Positions 61,671 to 64,000 of a stretch of 64,000 bases of DNA are shown here, one piece after another (position 1 is the first letter of the stretch; the number at the start of each line of letters is the position of its first letter). Source of the DNA: Felis catus (Eukaryota). The stretch is taken from contig NC_058368.1 of assembly GCF_018350175.1 (NCBI RefSeq), positions 182,406,001 through 182,470,000 on the forward strand, read 5' to 3'. Under the pieces are notes generated by a model. That model did not search any database and was not told the origin of the DNA. It was given only the letters and a program-made list of their open reading frames with translations. Both the position numbers and the translations under genes were made by a program.

Positions 61671-62699
61671 TCAGAGCACACCCACATACTCCAATTAATG
61701 TTTCCATAATAGCCAACTTGGTGAATCCAGAAAGCCAGAATATGCTAACAACTTCACATATATAGCATATGAGTTGGGCCCATATTTTAACATGCTACTC
61801 TTTCCAAATACTGACACATGTTTCTAATTCAAAATGACAGGTATAGTTTGAATGTAATGCTGTAAAAATCTGGGGGAAAAAGATAGCAAAAATGACATTG
61901 CATATTCATACTTGTAATTGTAAATACTTTTTCTTTTTAGGTGTATGGGTTGTATTATGTTAGCCCATACTTACAAAAGCTTGTGTATTTTTTGTTCTGA
62001 CCAAATGAGTCCCATCAAGGTCATGAACTTGAGAAGCCATCTGTTAAAAAGTACTGACATGCCCCATTACAAACAAATCAAAAGACATTTTCAAAGCACT
62101 AAATAAAGCTATTTATTTGGTTAGACAATATTTCTGAAATAAATTAATAAATTCCTTTGAGTCGATCAAAATCTCAATATTTCATCCATCTAGTCCACAA
62201 ACAATTTCATGGTCTGTCAAATCCCAGTTGCCAGATTATAATCTTTGTTAGGTATCATCATTTAGAAGAATAGCAGGCAGACAATAGGGTGAAAGGAATT
62301 ATTAGAAGAAAAACATTTGTAGGTATTGGGGTAGATTTTAGCCCAGAGAAATACCTTTCAGGATAACATATGTTCTTAATTTAAGTTTGTGTCTCCTTCT
62401 GACTTGTTGTTTTTCTTAAGTAATATTTAATTGGTTTCTAAGGCAATTGATAAATTCTCTTCCACCACTACTATTGCCTGGTATTTACGCCCCTTTGGTT
62501 TCTGGTAGATATGGAAAGATGTAGTTTCATTTTACTCACTATGTCAAATGTATAGAGTTGAGATAGCTCTATTCAGCTTTCTAGAGCTTAGCATCTTGTT
62601 ACTTAGGCTTTACCTTTGTGCCCAATAGTTTGCATATTTTTAGGCCAATGGCTGATGGAAACTAGAGCCTACTAATACAATCTCTTAAAAAATTTTTTC

Positions 62700-62850
62700 T
62701 TGAAACAAAATTACATAAGGCACTTAATAAAATGCTTATTCCTGGGCTCCGACACTGCCCTACTGAACCAGATACTTAGGGTCAGAAATCTGCAATGTTA
62801 ACAATTTTTTGAGTTGATTCTTATGTCTACTGCTGTTTGGAGATGATCAC
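62700..62850. mobile_element. MER5-family fragment
   Basis: aaaatgcttattcctgggctcc...ctactgaaccaga...aatctgcaatgttaaca...tgattcttatg. Confidence 0.6.
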
Positions 62851-63149
62851 TTTCAACATTTTCACAGCTCAATAACATCTCCACTACAGGCTAACAAGCA
62901 AAACCCAAATGGAGAGAATAAAGCATCATTCTATTTGTTAGTCACACTTTAGTGGAAGCAAGATAAAATACCAACTAAATGAGGTTTTGGAATTGTGCCT
63001 GGCTTTTATTAATTCCTGCCATTTTCCCCTACTATCATGAAAAATGAAAATGTGATGACCTGAACTTTGGGTCCATTATATAAACTGAATTTCTGAAGCC
63101 ATTTGTGGAAAACTATTTCATAACTAGTGAAATAGAGACACATTATATG

Positions 63150-64000
63150 TATTCATGCATTCATTTATGCATTTACTCTTGTATCAATCACATATTAATT
63201 GTACACGGATGACATATTATGAATACATCAATTATTATTTTAAATTCTGGGCAAAAAAAAGATAAACTAAAGATGATCTCTTCCTCCAGGAAGAAAAACA
63301 TGTGACCAGTAATTTAGAAAACAAATGACTATAACTGATGTATGGACAAAGTGAGGTATAGACAGAATAAGCAGGAATGATGTATTAAGTCAGTTTTTGT
63401 AGGCCATGAACAATCAATGGAATATCTTTGAGGCATGAGATTTAGGCAAAGAGATTATTATGAGCAAAAGCATGAAGGTAGGAGGTATGGAAGTAGGGTA
63501 GTTTCAGGAAACAGGTTAGTGTGGTTTACTGAGAAACTACATGAGAAATCATGTTAGAAAGTGAGGAGGGAATGATCAGTTCTGCAGTGTTTTTGTGTCC
63601 ATGTTTGAGATGGGTTTAGCACCTTCATTCACATAAGAGCTGACATTAAAGCTGTCTAGAAAGATGAATAGGATTTTACCACCAAACATTGAAAGCATAC
63701 TCTGACAGTAGAAACAGCTTAAGAAAAGGCATAAGAACATTAGATTGTCCCCTGTCACTGGGGAACAATGTAGTTTCATAGCCTTAGAATAATAATGCAT
63801 GTGGTAGGGATGACATTATATAAAGTTGGAAGATAAGATTAAAGTTACATTACAGAAAGCTACAAATTATGAGCTAAGGTGTTTAAACGTTATCCTCAAT
63901 GGAATGGAATGGAATAGAATGGAATGGATGAAATGAAAGGTCTGTTCTAAAATTATAATTATAGTAGCAGTATAAAAAATGAATTGAACCAAATAAGGAA
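63150..64000 (-). mobile_element. L2 LINE, degenerate, runs to window end
   Basis: (ATTC)-like tail, atctcttcctccaggaag, gagcaaaagcatgaaggtaggag, gagctaaggtgtttaaacgttatcct. Confidence 0.55.
63898..63938. repeat. (GGAAT)n pentamer microsatellite
   Basis: aatggaatggaatggaatagaatggaatggatgaaatgaaa. Confidence 0.85.

Noticed and set aside
63898..63938. (GGAAT)n suggesting satellite DNA
   Set aside because: Only about eight degenerate units inside an L2; an ordinary microsatellite.
1..64000. CRISPR array, CpG-island promoter, tRNA/rRNA genes, prokaryote-style systems
   Set aside because: No regularly spaced repeats; CpG-rich patches are confined to young SINEs; tRNA-like boxes are SINE heads; the sequence is mammalian nuclear DNA.

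Overview
AT-rich, repeat-dense mammalian DNA from a felid, most likely domestic cat or a close relative: it carries near-consensus SINEC_Fc-type CAN-SINEs. I recognise no protein-coding gene, tRNA, rRNA or miRNA and cannot name the locus. Almost all ORFs in the supplied track are SINE, L1 or low-complexity artefacts. The window reads as a large intron or intergenic region. It contains 29 CAN-SINE copies (many with visible target-site duplications, TSDs), several L1s, old L2/MIR, MaLR LTRs and hAT/Tigger DNA transposon relics. Repeat subfamily names come from my recollection of consensus sequences and need RepeatMasker/Dfam confirmation. Best-supported unusual structures: a head-to-head CAN-SINE pair fused at the palindromic SINE 5' end inside one TSD (53306-53536), two neighbouring 5'-inverted (twin-primed) L1s, and a SINE triplet inside one TSD. 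More speculative: a long imperfect hairpin in unique DNA (55622-55808), motif-dense enhancer-like blocks, and isolated exon-like segments on both strands. I found no evidence for a new multi-gene biological system.
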